From NCBI GenBank assembly GCA_042565725.1, contig JBHORK010000005.1:4370-68369 (forward strand): a DNA stretch of 64,000 nucleotides, written 5' to 3'. This stretch comes from Verrucomicrobiota bacterium (GTDB lineage Bacteria; Verrucomicrobiota; Kiritimatiellia; UBA8416; JBHORK01). A program made the translations under genes and the position numbers. Each line of letters begins with the position of its first letter. Positions within the stretch are counted from its first letter, which is position 1. This document shows, in pieces, positions 28,627-36,842 of this stretch. The notes under the pieces are model-generated. The model saw nothing but the letters and a program-made list of their open reading frames with translations. It made no database searches and had not been told where the DNA came from.

Positions 28627-29481
28627 TTAAAAGACAATATGACAATCAGGAAGGCTTGTTCTGAGCTTGGCTTTTTCTTCGTCCGAAAACTTATTCCCCT
28701 GCAAAGTTAACCACTGAAGATTAACAAGGTTCTTTATATCTTCAGGCAACGCCGTCAGCTTGTTTTTCTCAAGGCCAAGGCGTTTCAAGCTTGTCAGTTT
28801 GCCGATCCAAGCCGGCAAGACGCTAAGCTGATTATTGCCTAAGCTTAAATCCGTAAGATTTGAGAGCTGAGTCAGCTCAGGGGGCAGATTCTTCAGTTTG
28901 TTGTTCTTAAGATAAAGCCTCTGTAAACCAGACAAACTTCCAAGTTCGGCAGGCAGACTAACAAGATTATTCTCATTGAGACGAAGCCATTTTAAGCTTG
29001 TCAATTCCCCGACCTCTACAGAAAGAGACGCAAGTTTGTTTCCATCAAGGTTAAGATACTCTAGAGAGGTCATGTTACCAATCTCGGGCGGAAGACTTGT
29101 GATCTGGTTATAATTAAGCCACAATTTCTGAAGCCCCGAAAGTCCGCCCATCTCACCAGGCAACTTCTTTAACTGAGTTTCTCCAAGATCGAGCCATACA
29201 AGTTTCTCTAATTTCTGTATATCAGATGGAACAGCACCAATCCGGTTACCGCGCAAACTCAGATTCCTTAAATTTGGTAATTGCATAAGGCCTACCGGAA
29301 ACCCTTCCAAATCGGCATTATAAAGATTGACAATCTGCGCTTCCTCCCGATAAGCCAAAGCCTCCTCTATACTGTAAAAAACCTTGACCCGCTCAGGACT
29401 TCGCCAGGGAAAACATCCCGCAAACTCCGTTATCATTAGCAATGTAAACAAAAACAACAGTGATTTTGACCTCATTTCCAT
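28627..29481 (-). CDS. leucine-rich repeat (LRR) protein, secreted
   Basis: 284 aa with signal peptide, followed by about nine 23-aa LxxLxxLxLxxNxLxxLPxxIgx repeats (e.g. LTSLKWLRLNENNLVSLPAELGS). Confidence 0.85.
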   Translation of the reverse strand: MEMRSKSLLFLFTLLMITEFAGCFPWRSPERVKVFYSIEEALAYREEAQIVNLYNADLEGFPVGLMQLPNLRNLSLRGNRIGAVPSDIQKLEKLVWLDLGETQLKKLPGEMGGLSGLQKLWLNYNQITSLPPEIGNMTSLEYLNLDGNKLASLSVEVGELTSLKWLRLNENNLVSLPAELGSLSGLQRLYLKNNKLKNLPPELTQLSNLTDLSLGNNQLSVLPAWIGKLTSLKRLGLEKNKLTALPEDIKNLVNLQWLTLQGNKFSDEEKAKLRTSLPDCHIVF

Positions 29482-29679
29482 AACTCCTTAAATACACGTT
29501 ATCCTAATAAAAGACAGAAATCAATAAAAGCATATAAGGATTCTCCATATAATTAACCAAGCCAATTAATACTTTGATCCTTTCAATGTTCAATTAAACC
29601 ATAAAAATCAATTTAAAAGATTAAAAAAAATCAATTATATACTTGCATAAAACCCTGTTCAACCTGTAGCATGTGCGCC

Positions 29680-30396
29680 ATGAAAAAATATTTGCTTTAT
29701 GTTATTTCTATTTTATTACTTGCCGGAACTACCTCTTCCAGCTTAGCAGCTCCAATAGGTAACAGCGCTTATGGACGTGATTACTTAGTTGCAGGGCATA
29801 ACTTGCACGGGTTCAACTTCGGTACTTATATCACTCTGGGTAGTCGCAGGGTTTCTATCAACAACACTGAGGGCACTCTTGATTCAGAATTGATATCTGC
29901 CTATCTTGGATACGATATAATGCCATGGGCCACGATATATGGACTCGGCGGAAGCGGACATCTTGACCATGAAAATGTAACAACAGATGAAAGCATGAGT
30001 CAATATGGCTTTGGCATAAGCGTAAACATTTTAGACCACATGATACTTGACCCAACGCTTTTTGAAGACCGGATTAAGATCAGCGCCCAATTTCAGTATA
30101 CAGCACTCAATACGGATCTGGTTCCCAACACTAAACTTCTTTCGGAAACATACGGCTGTATGACGATAGCCATTGTTAATGACTCTGATGAAGGTAAACT
30201 ATACTGTCCAAACGGCATTTCCGTATACGGAGGTCCCGCAATCTCAACCCTGAACAGCGGTAATATAAGCGCTAAAAAAAGAACAGGGGTTTGTTTCGGG
30301 ATGGAAGTATTTTTAACTGAATTAACAGCATTGAATCTCCGCATGGACATGTTCGGCAAAACCTCTGTTTCTGCTGGACTCAATATCCGTTTCTAG
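29680..30396 (+). CDS. hypothetical outer-membrane beta-barrel-like protein
   Basis: Signal peptide MKKYLLYVISILLLAGTTSSSLAAP (start at M4). Alternating beta-strand pattern. C-terminal ...GLNIRF (terminal Phe typical of OMPs). Confidence 0.45.
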   Translation: MKKYLLYVISILLLAGTTSSSLAAPIGNSAYGRDYLVAGHNLHGFNFGTYITLGSRRVSINNTEGTLDSELISAYLGYDIMPWATIYGLGGSGHLDHENVTTDESMSQYGFGISVNILDHMILDPTLFEDRIKISAQFQYTALNTDLVPNTKLLSETYGCMTIAIVNDSDEGKLYCPNGISVYGGPAISTLNSGNISAKKRTGVCFGMEVFLTELTALNLRMDMFGKTSVSAGLNIRF

Positions 30397-30405
30397 TTTG
30401 TATTC

Positions 30406-31041
30406 ATGAGAAAGCTGCAACGCTCTTTCTTTCTCCGTTCCAATGTTATCCTTATAAGCACCCATCTGATCGGCAAATATTTATTTACTCAGCTGCATCC
30501 TTGCGGCTGCGCTGAACAATCTAGATCCAGGAACGCTAAAACCGGTGGAATGATTGTGGAAGTAGAGGCATACGCCGGCCCCCAGGACCGGGCATCTCAC
30601 GCTTACGGCAACCGGCGAACAAAAAGAACAGAAATTATGTATTCCAAAGGCGGCGTGGCGTATGTGTATCTTTGCTATGGGATACACTCTCTTTTCAATA
30701 TAGTCACCAATGTGGAAGATATTCCTCATGCTATCCTTGTGCGGGCAATCCAACCTACTCATGGCATTTCCACAATGTTAAAACGGCGGAAGAAGAAGAA
30801 AAATGATCGTAGTATTGCAGGAGGGCCAGGCGCTCTTACGCAAGCTCTCGGAATTGACACAAGCCATAACGGCGCAAAGCTCTCCGGGAACCAAATATGG
30901 CTTGAAGACCGTGATGTCGTAATCCCGCCGGCGCAAATTGAGGCCCTGCCCCGCGTGGGAATAGATTATGCAGGCAAGGACGCAAAACGCCCCTGGCGCT
31001 TCCGCATCAAAAACAATCCCTGGACCAGCAATGCAAAGTGA
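30406..31041 (+). CDS. DNA-3-methyladenine glycosylase (MPG/AAG family)
   Basis: 211 aa. VEVEAYAGPQDRASHAYGNRRTKRTEIMYSKGGVAYVYLCYGIHSLFNIVT and GPGALTQALGI blocks characteristic of the MPG family. Confidence 0.85.
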   Translation: MRKLQRSFFLRSNVILISTHLIGKYLFTQLHPCGCAEQSRSRNAKTGGMIVEVEAYAGPQDRASHAYGNRRTKRTEIMYSKGGVAYVYLCYGIHSLFNIVTNVEDIPHAILVRAIQPTHGISTMLKRRKKKKNDRSIAGGPGALTQALGIDTSHNGAKLSGNQIWLEDRDVVIPPAQIEALPRVGIDYAGKDAKRPWRFRIKNNPWTSNAK

Positions 31042-31122
31042 CAGGAGTCAGCCGCCTTCGGGCAAGGCTCTTACGAGAAGGCAAGAAAAGGTTCGATGTG
31101 TTAAGCTAAAAAACGAAACGGA

Positions 31123-31245
31123 CAATTGAACAGCCAACAAGGAACACCCAATAACGAAGGACGGAAAAGAACATTGTAAATTCCAAATCAGAATTTGATA
31201 TCTTTCCTTGGATATTGGATATTACTTGTTGGCTGTTGGGCATTG
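31123..31245. repeat. imperfect hairpin element, same core as 25030-25155
   Basis: caattgaacagccaacaaggaacacccaataacgaagga (31123-31161) pairs with the reverse complement of tccttggatattggatattacttgttggctgttgggcattg (31205-31245). Both arms carry AACAGCCAACAAG(G/T)AA and 7-nt periodicity. Confidence 0.75.
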
Positions 31246-31337
31246 AAGCTCCCCAGACTGAAAATATTTTTTCGCATGGGGTCTAATTACAAAACACCGG
31301 GAAACGTTAAAATAATATAAGAATCAACATCAAAACC

Positions 31338-32084
31338 ATGAAAACAGTAACCTCCTGTATATTTTCCGCTGTAATTGTCACAGGGTTATTTATCTGTCAA
31401 TCTGCATTCGGAACAAACGATATACTAACAATTAAAAGGAAGGAGCCTATTCAAGGAACATTTGATTGCCTTAAAAACAACGCCGTATATTTCCGAACAA
31501 GCGATGACAAACTAATTAACAAGCGTTTTAACATGATTGAATCTCTTGTTCTTAATCCCGCCGTAAAAACGGACCTGACGCCGCGCGGTAAAAAGAAAAT
31601 CGAAGGCATTATCTTCAAAGGCTATGAAAAATCAAAATTCATCTTTGATGATAACGGCAAAGAAATGAAACTTTCTGGAGCTCATATTACCAGAATCGAG
31701 GTCGGCATGTTTGCCAGATCGACTATGACAGGAACCAATACCGTTAAAGTTGTTGAAAATCTGGAAGAAGCAGTTAAACCGGGAGTTGTAACAATTGTGC
31801 ATTTCCACCTTATAAGCGACCAGCCTAGTCCAGCACTGCGCATGGAAAACTATGTCGCCACTTTGTCCCAAAACGAAATAGCCGTAATAAAAATAAATTT
31901 AAATGGATGGAAAGATCCGAATGTAGAGAAATACGGCATTAAATCCGCTCCGCAATTCTGGTTCTACGATAAGCAGGGCAAACTCTCTTCAAAACTTATT
32001 GAAAGATTCACCGCGGAAGATATAGATAAAGCCATTAAGGAAGCCGAAAACAGCGGATCCCCTTCAAAGCAGAGCAAGCGTTAA
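31338..32084 (+). CDS. hypothetical secreted protein, C-terminal thioredoxin-fold-like region without CxxC
   Basis: 248 aa with signal peptide. C-terminal VTIVHFHLISDQPSPAL...YGIKSAPQFWFYDKQGKL resembles a thioredoxin fold with the active-site cysteines absent. Weak call. Confidence 0.4.
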   Translation: MKTVTSCIFSAVIVTGLFICQSAFGTNDILTIKRKEPIQGTFDCLKNNAVYFRTSDDKLINKRFNMIESLVLNPAVKTDLTPRGKKKIEGIIFKGYEKSKFIFDDNGKEMKLSGAHITRIEVGMFARSTMTGTNTVKVVENLEEAVKPGVVTIVHFHLISDQPSPALRMENYVATLSQNEIAVIKINLNGWKDPNVEKYGIKSAPQFWFYDKQGKLSSKLIERFTAEDIDKAIKEAENSGSPSKQSKR

Positions 32085-32189
32085 GAGCCAATCAGGCAAA
32101 AAGTTTAGACAGGATCAACAGGATTTACAGGATTAGGATTTTGCGGAAATTTGATTGATCTAACAATATAAATTTATAAGGCTATTCGT

Positions 32190-32942
32190 ATGAACAGAAA
32201 ATTCTTCGTTGCCCTGCTTATTCTTTTCTCAAGCATCTATTCTTCTTCGGCAGAAACATTAGTGGACAAACTGCTGAAATCTTATGAGCAAATCATAACA
32301 GTAACATGCGAGGTAAGAAGGACCACCAAATCCTCGGCTGGTAAAGCAAGATTCTTGAGCCGTGTATATTACAAAAAACCTGACTGCATTCATATTGACA
32401 ACATTACACCATTAAAACGCAGGATTGTCGCTGATGGATCCCGTTTTTACAGCTACATAGAGGGTGACCCCAAAGGTTTCTCAAGAACAGTAGACAAATT
32501 GAATGACAAGATGTTGATATCTCTTCGTAAAGTGCCGGGAACAGCAATGGACCACCTTCTGCGCTTGAAGGAAACAGCCGAAGAAACACTGAAGCCGGAA
32601 CAGAACTTTCCTGTTAAAAAAGGCTACCAGGCCGATAAGAATTTTGTAGTTCTTTCTCTTGACGCAAAAGGACGGCTCGCACGCATAGAATTCTTCAACA
32701 GTTCTGAGATGAGAAACAAGACAGCTCAGTATGACTACAGCAACTTCAACGAAGTCCTTCCTGACCTCTGGATTCCATGCCTGCATCATGCTACCGCTAG
32801 AATTGGCGACATTGAATCTGAAGAAACTGTTCGAATAACTAATCTTACTGCAAACAAACCTATCGCAAAATCACTTTTTATAGCCGCCCCTTTCTTTAAG
32901 AAAGTTGAATTTGTAGACAATTTTGAAGATGTTTATAAGTAA
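32190..32942 (+). CDS. LolA-like / outer-membrane lipoprotein-sorting-like protein (paralogue 1)
   Basis: 250 aa with signal peptide. Clear paralogue of 35201-35959 (e.g. VTCEVRRT/MSCEVRKT, KKPDCIHIDNITP/QKPDRIHVHNISP, RKVPGTAMDHLLRLK/RRVPGTAMDHLIRLK). The LolA-like assignment is by general pattern only. Confidence 0.55.
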   Translation: MNRKFFVALLILFSSIYSSSAETLVDKLLKSYEQIITVTCEVRRTTKSSAGKARFLSRVYYKKPDCIHIDNITPLKRRIVADGSRFYSYIEGDPKGFSRTVDKLNDKMLISLRKVPGTAMDHLLRLKETAEETLKPEQNFPVKKGYQADKNFVVLSLDAKGRLARIEFFNSSEMRNKTAQYDYSNFNEVLPDLWIPCLHHATARIGDIESEETVRITNLTANKPIAKSLFIAAPFFKKVEFVDNFEDVYK

Positions 32943-32970
32943 TTTGCGTTGTAACGCAAATCATCAAGGG

Positions 32971-33269
32971 GATAGAAAGGGATGAAGAGGGTAGCAAGGG
33001 AAATCGGTATCCAAATCGGTATCGAAATCGAAATAATATGGGGTTGAGATGCGAAAAACTGAATATCTACCGTCCTGTGATTCTCTGAATATTGTCTAAG
33101 GCAATGGCAAGACGGCGAAATCGATAGCGATCCCGATAGCGATAGCGATTTCGATGGGGTTAAATTTGGTTAAGGTGAATATAACAAAAATAATGAGGTC
33201 AAAGTGACAACTTTAAATCAGGACTTGACCGTACCGTGACCATCCCTTCCTACCCCTTCATCCCTTATC
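32971..33269. repeat. about 300-bp nested imperfect palindromic element
   Basis: Outer arms gatagaaagggatgaagagggtagcaagggaaat / ccatcccttcctaccccttcatcccttatc. Inner arms aaatcggtatccaaatcggtatcgaaatcgaaat / cgaaatcgatagcgatcccgatagcgatagcgatttcgat (6- and 12-nt periods). Confidence 0.7.
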
Positions 33270-33498
33270 GTCGAACGGTTGCTGCATTTAAGATCCATTG
33301 GTATTCTGCCTGAAAAACTACCTGTCAGGCACATACGCAACCCCAACCGTATGACGTTTCCAGCTGCGCAACCTCAACCGTAAACCGTTTGCATCGCAAA
33401 CTTCTCCCGCACAAAAAAGCTTGCAATTTATCCGTTTCTTTGACATTTTACTTCCAGTTGCCTGATAAAGTGCAAAATCACAAAAGAAGGGGTTCATC

Positions 33499-33789
33499 AT
33501 GAAAAAGTTTGTCATATGCCTGTTAGCGGTAACACTTTTATTGGCGTGTATAACGCCAGCTACTCAAGCCGCTCAAGGTCGCGGAGGATTCATGGGTTTT
33601 ATTGCCGGATGTTGTTTCGGAATCCGTGCCGGCATGGATTACAATGACGGTAAGGAAATCCACTGGCGTGAGTGGATCAGAATAATTCCATATGTCGGAC
33701 TGGTTATTGGCATCTGGGACGGTATCGAAGGATCTCAAGGTAAAACCAGGTCTGAATATGCTGCCGAATATGGTGCAATGTATTATTAA
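33499..33789 (+). CDS. small hypothetical membrane/secreted protein
   Basis: 96 aa with signal peptide (MKKFVICLLAVTLLLACITPATQA), then a Gly/Cys-rich hydrophobic segment. AAGAAGGGG lies upstream of the ATG. Confidence 0.5.
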   Translation: MKKFVICLLAVTLLLACITPATQAAQGRGGFMGFIAGCCFGIRAGMDYNDGKEIHWREWIRIIPYVGLVIGIWDGIEGSQGKTRSEYAAEYGAMYY

Positions 33790-33826
33790 CAGCTGCGATA
33801 TTCGCTGTTTAAAGCGTTTTGAATTG

Positions 33827-33862
33827 AGGATTCCGGTTCTAGCAACCGGAATCCTCTTTTTT
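33827..33862 (+). terminator. perfect 12-bp stem hairpin + T6 tract (terminator-like; alternatively codes a signal peptide)
   Basis: aggattccggtt-ctagc-aaccggaatcct followed by cttttttat. It lies 38 nt after the stop of 33499-33789 and abuts ATG 33863. Confidence 0.5.
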
Positions 33863-34633
33863 ATGTGCACCTCTCTTGCCACTGCCCAGATTCAGCTGGC
33901 AACAGATCTATTTGAAGAATCAGATTTCGAATCATGTATATCCGAGTGTAAGCGGGTTCTTGCGGTTTCACCATCCAATCACACTGCGCGTCTTTTACAT
34001 TCAGTTGCCAATCTTCGCCTGGAAAAGCAAATAGATAATTCCATCAGCGAATTGAAAAGCCTGATTATTCCTGACACACCAATCGAAATCAGAACAAAGG
34101 CAGCCTACGAATGCGCCAGGGCAGAATGGGAACGAGGGCACTACCAAACGGCCTTTGAGTTGTTTCAGATAGCTTTCCACAACACTTCAAATAAAGGGAT
34201 TTTTCTGAAAAGCGCCTGTTCATTGTTTCTTCTGTTTGAAAAAAAACCCGAACTGAAGAAAAAAAACACTGATCTCGTTATGCAAATTAATTCAAGCAGA
34301 ACTTTATGGTACGGCAAATTATTTTCCGAATGCCGAATTAATAACAAAAAAAAGAAAACCGCACTTACCGGCAAGCCGGGCGAATGGGGAATCTGGTTTT
34401 ACCGTAAACAGATCAGTCCCGCATTGGGTCAGCGCTGCTCTCTTCATCCTTCATGCTCAGAATACGGCCGACAGGCACTGCGAAAACACGGTATTCTCGG
34501 GTTAGCTTTTATCGCGGACCGCGGTGTGCGTGAGCCGGCCGTGACAGCCAAACGGAAAGCGCCAATCAGAATTGGCGAACACTGGCGATACCAGGATACT
34601 GTTGAAGAACATGATTGGTGGATGAAAAGGTAG
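33863..34633 (+). CDS. TPR-like protein with C-terminal YidD (membrane protein insertion efficiency factor)-like domain
   Basis: C-terminus WFYRKQISPALGQRCSLHPSCSEYGRQALRKHGILGLAFIADRGVRE matches the YidD/haemolytic-domain pattern (YqxxiSPxxxxxCrfxPtCSeYxxxAixxhG). Start uncertain: ATG 33863, or TTG 33824 giving a signal peptide MRIPVLATGILFFMCTSLATA. Confidence 0.6.
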   Translation: MCTSLATAQIQLATDLFEESDFESCISECKRVLAVSPSNHTARLLHSVANLRLEKQIDNSISELKSLIIPDTPIEIRTKAAYECARAEWERGHYQTAFELFQIAFHNTSNKGIFLKSACSLFLLFEKKPELKKKNTDLVMQINSSRTLWYGKLFSECRINNKKKKTALTGKPGEWGIWFYRKQISPALGQRCSLHPSCSEYGRQALRKHGILGLAFIADRGVREPAVTAKRKAPIRIGEHWRYQDTVEEHDWWMKR

Positions 34634-34681
34634 GGACGAGCGGCTCGCTCGTCCGTGGTCGAGCCAGCGGCTCGACCCTAC
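34630..34681. repeat. REP doublet (REPIN-like): two inverted GTAG-headed palindromes
   Basis: GTAGGGACGAGCGGCTCGCTCGTCC, and on the opposite strand GTAGGGTCGAGCCGCTGGCTCGACC. Each is a 9-bp stem / 3-nt loop hairpin. Immediately upstream of the RAYT gene. Confidence 0.75.
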
Positions 34682-34703
34682 CAAATATTTTCAAAGGGAA
34701 ATA

Positions 34704-35156
34704 ATGCAATATCAATGTCGCAAACAATTACCTCATTCTATTCCTCATTGGGTTGACACTGACAATGCCGTCTTCTTCATTACTGTCTGTTGCGAGCAAA
34801 AGGGAGAGAATGTTTTATGCAATCAAAAAAACGCCAATGCAATTTGGGAAAGCATCGAAACCCGAATAAAACAAGATCTATGGCACCCTCATCTCGTTCT
34901 TTTAATGCCCGATCATCTACACATGTTAGTCGTTTTTAACTTGCATTTAAAATCAATGTCTAAAATTATGGCTTCATGGAAGAGTTGGTGCAGAAAGAAA
35001 ACAGGCATCAACTGGCAAAGAAGCTTTTTCGATCATAGACTCCGTAATGATGAAAGTTTGAGGGAAAAAGCAGGTTACATTCTCAACAATCCAGTACGAA
35101 AACAATATGTGAAAGAATGGAAGGATTGGAAGTACTACTGGCTTCCATCTAAATAA
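34704..35156 (+). CDS. REP-associated tyrosine transposase (RAYT; IS200/IS605 Y1-transposase-like)
   Basis: 150 aa. HUH motif in LLMPDHLHMLVVF. C-terminal FFDHRLRNDESLREKAGYILNNPVRKQYV (catalytic-Tyr/NPV block). Flanked by REP hairpins. Confidence 0.8.
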   Translation: MQYQCRKQLPHSIPHWVDTDNAVFFITVCCEQKGENVLCNQKNANAIWESIETRIKQDLWHPHLVLLMPDHLHMLVVFNLHLKSMSKIMASWKSWCRKKTGINWQRSFFDHRLRNDESLREKAGYILNNPVRKQYVKEWKDWKYYWLPSK

Positions 35157-35162
35157 TGGTCC

Positions 35163-35187
35163 ACGGTCGAGCCAGCGGCTCGACCGT
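35163..35187. repeat. REP hairpin downstream of RAYT
   Basis: acggtcgagcc-agc-ggctcgaccgt has the same core (ggtcgagccagcggctcgacc) as 34657-34677. It creates the spurious N-terminal extension MVHGRASGSTV of the next ORF. Confidence 0.75.
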
Positions 35188-35200
35188 ACCAGAAAATAAG

Positions 35201-35959
35201 ATGAAAACTTTTTTATTATTTCTTCTTCTATCCCCTGCCCTGTCATTTGCGCAGGAAACTGTTGCAGAGCGGCTGTTGGTCCAGTATGACAAAATTAATA
35301 CAATGAGCTGTGAAGTTCGGAAGACGGTAATAAGGCAAAACGATAAAACCCGCACACTCAGTCGTATCCATTTTCAAAAACCAGACCGCATTCATGTTCA
35401 TAACATAAGTCCTGTTGACCGCTACATCATCGCCGATGGCAACAACCTCTACCACTATATCAAGGGTGATCCTCACGGATTCAGCAGTCCTATAACAAAA
35501 CTGGAAGAAAGCTGGCTAATGCAATTGCGCAGAGTGCCGGGTACGGCAATGGATCATCTGATAAGATTGAAAGGTGTCCCGGAAACCAGACTTGAGCCAA
35601 CCACTGAATCTCCTGTTCGTGCTGGATATCAATTATCAAAGGTATACGCAGTTCTTTCTCTTGACGATGCCGGTCGTCTTGTCCAAATAAATTTTTATAA
35701 GACCCCGAAAATGAAAGAATGCCTTGCTCAACACACTTACTCAATGTTTCAGGAAATACTTGAAGGACTATGGATTCCGCTTCTACATAAACTCAGGTAT
35801 TCTATTGCTGGAACGGAAACACTTGAAATAAGCAGAATCAGCAATATCAAGATAAATACGCATCTTAGCAATGATCTTTTTCAACCGGGTTCTCATCTAA
35901 AAGGTATCCCTTTTGCGCCTTTGCCTGCATCCCCCTCATCTAACTCCTCAGCTAAATAA
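35201..35959 (+). CDS. LolA-like protein (paralogue 2)
   Basis: Start at MKTFLLFLLLSPALSFA (ATG 35201). Alignable over its full length with 32190-32942. Confidence 0.55.
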   Translation: MKTFLLFLLLSPALSFAQETVAERLLVQYDKINTMSCEVRKTVIRQNDKTRTLSRIHFQKPDRIHVHNISPVDRYIIADGNNLYHYIKGDPHGFSSPITKLEESWLMQLRRVPGTAMDHLIRLKGVPETRLEPTTESPVRAGYQLSKVYAVLSLDDAGRLVQINFYKTPKMKECLAQHTYSMFQEILEGLWIPLLHKLRYSIAGTETLEISRISNIKINTHLSNDLFQPGSHLKGIPFAPLPASPSSNSSAK

Positions 35960-36118
35960 ATGGTTTATCTGTAGCCAACGGCCCCGCAGACTGCAGGGTA
36001 AACGTTGACCTTGTCCCGCCGGGGCGGGAGTCGGGAAATTCGAAAAATATCAAAAAAAAAGCTTGTTTTACGCCCCCGAAACATCATTATATATGAAAAC
36101 AATAAGGAGGTAGTTGTT

Positions 36119-36454
36119 ATGAGGTTAGTTTTCACTGCGTTGTCGTTATTGCTAATCGTTAGCGTCTGTGGCGGATGTGCAGGTCTGGTAATGGCACCAT
36201 TCAGCCCGCCACCAGGACTTATGTTCAGCCAGGTTAAAGCCCCGCTGGATGTTGATTTTGATAAAACCACGCTGGGCACCAAAGAAGGAAAAGCAGAAGC
36301 AACTTCTATACTCGGACTTTTCTCGTTCGGTGACTGCAGTACGCAAACCGCTGCAAAGGATGGAGGTCTTACCACCATCAACCATGCGGACTATGAGATG
36401 ATGAATGTTATGGGCATTTTCTCCAAAACTACCGTAATCGTCTACGGTGACTAA
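36119..36454 (+). CDS. TRL-like family lipoprotein
   Basis: Start ATG 36119 with AAGGAGG 8 nt upstream. Lipobox-like SVCGGC. APFSPPPGLMFSQVKAPL...GLFSFGDCSTQTAAKDGGLTTINHADYEMMNVMGIFSKTTVIVYGD resembles the TRL-like family by recall. Confidence 0.55.
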   Translation: MRLVFTALSLLLIVSVCGGCAGLVMAPFSPPPGLMFSQVKAPLDVDFDKTTLGTKEGKAEATSILGLFSFGDCSTQTAAKDGGLTTINHADYEMMNVMGIFSKTTVIVYGD

Positions 36455-36481
36455 ATCTTTTACAAAAAAGGTATTATAACT

Positions 36482-36826
36482 GTGAAAAAGCTTACATGGC
36501 TAATTCTATTTGCAGTTGTTCTGGGTATTTGTGGTTGCATGAGTGCCCCTTTCTCTCCGCCTCCAGGGATGTTGGTAACGTCAATAAAGGCACCATTGAC
36601 AGTTGACTTTGAATCCACCCCCGTCTGCGAGAAAAACGGTAAAGCAACTGCATCATATTGTATGATCCCATGCTACGGACCGCTTTTGAGTTTCGCCTGG
36701 GATGATTGCTGTCTTGAAGCTGCTAAAATGAACGGGAACCTGTCTGAAATTGAGTACGCCGATTACGAGCTACTAAATATTCTTGGAGTATGGCAGAAAA
36801 CAACTGTTACTGCATACGGGAAATAA
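36482..36826 (+). CDS. TRL-like family lipoprotein (paralogue)
   Basis: GTG start. Lipobox LGICGC. APFSPPPGMLVTSIKAPLTVDF...EIEYADYELLNILGVWQKTTVTAYGK is parallel to the preceding gene. Confidence 0.55.
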   Translation: MKKLTWLILFAVVLGICGCMSAPFSPPPGMLVTSIKAPLTVDFESTPVCEKNGKATASYCMIPCYGPLLSFAWDDCCLEAAKMNGNLSEIEYADYELLNILGVWQKTTVTAYGK

Positions 36827-36842
36827 GTCGGGCGGTTCATAT

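Noticed and set aside
32943-32960. tttgcgtt-gt-aacgcaaa palindrome right after the LolA-like stop, as an intrinsic terminator
   Set aside because: The 2-nt loop is sterically impossible without opening the stem, and there is no T-tract. It is left uncalled and may be a protein-binding palindrome.
35965-36381. 138-aa minus-strand ORF
   Set aside because: It is antisense to the TRL-like lipoprotein gene, which has a strong AAGGAGG RBS and a lipobox. Shadow ORF.
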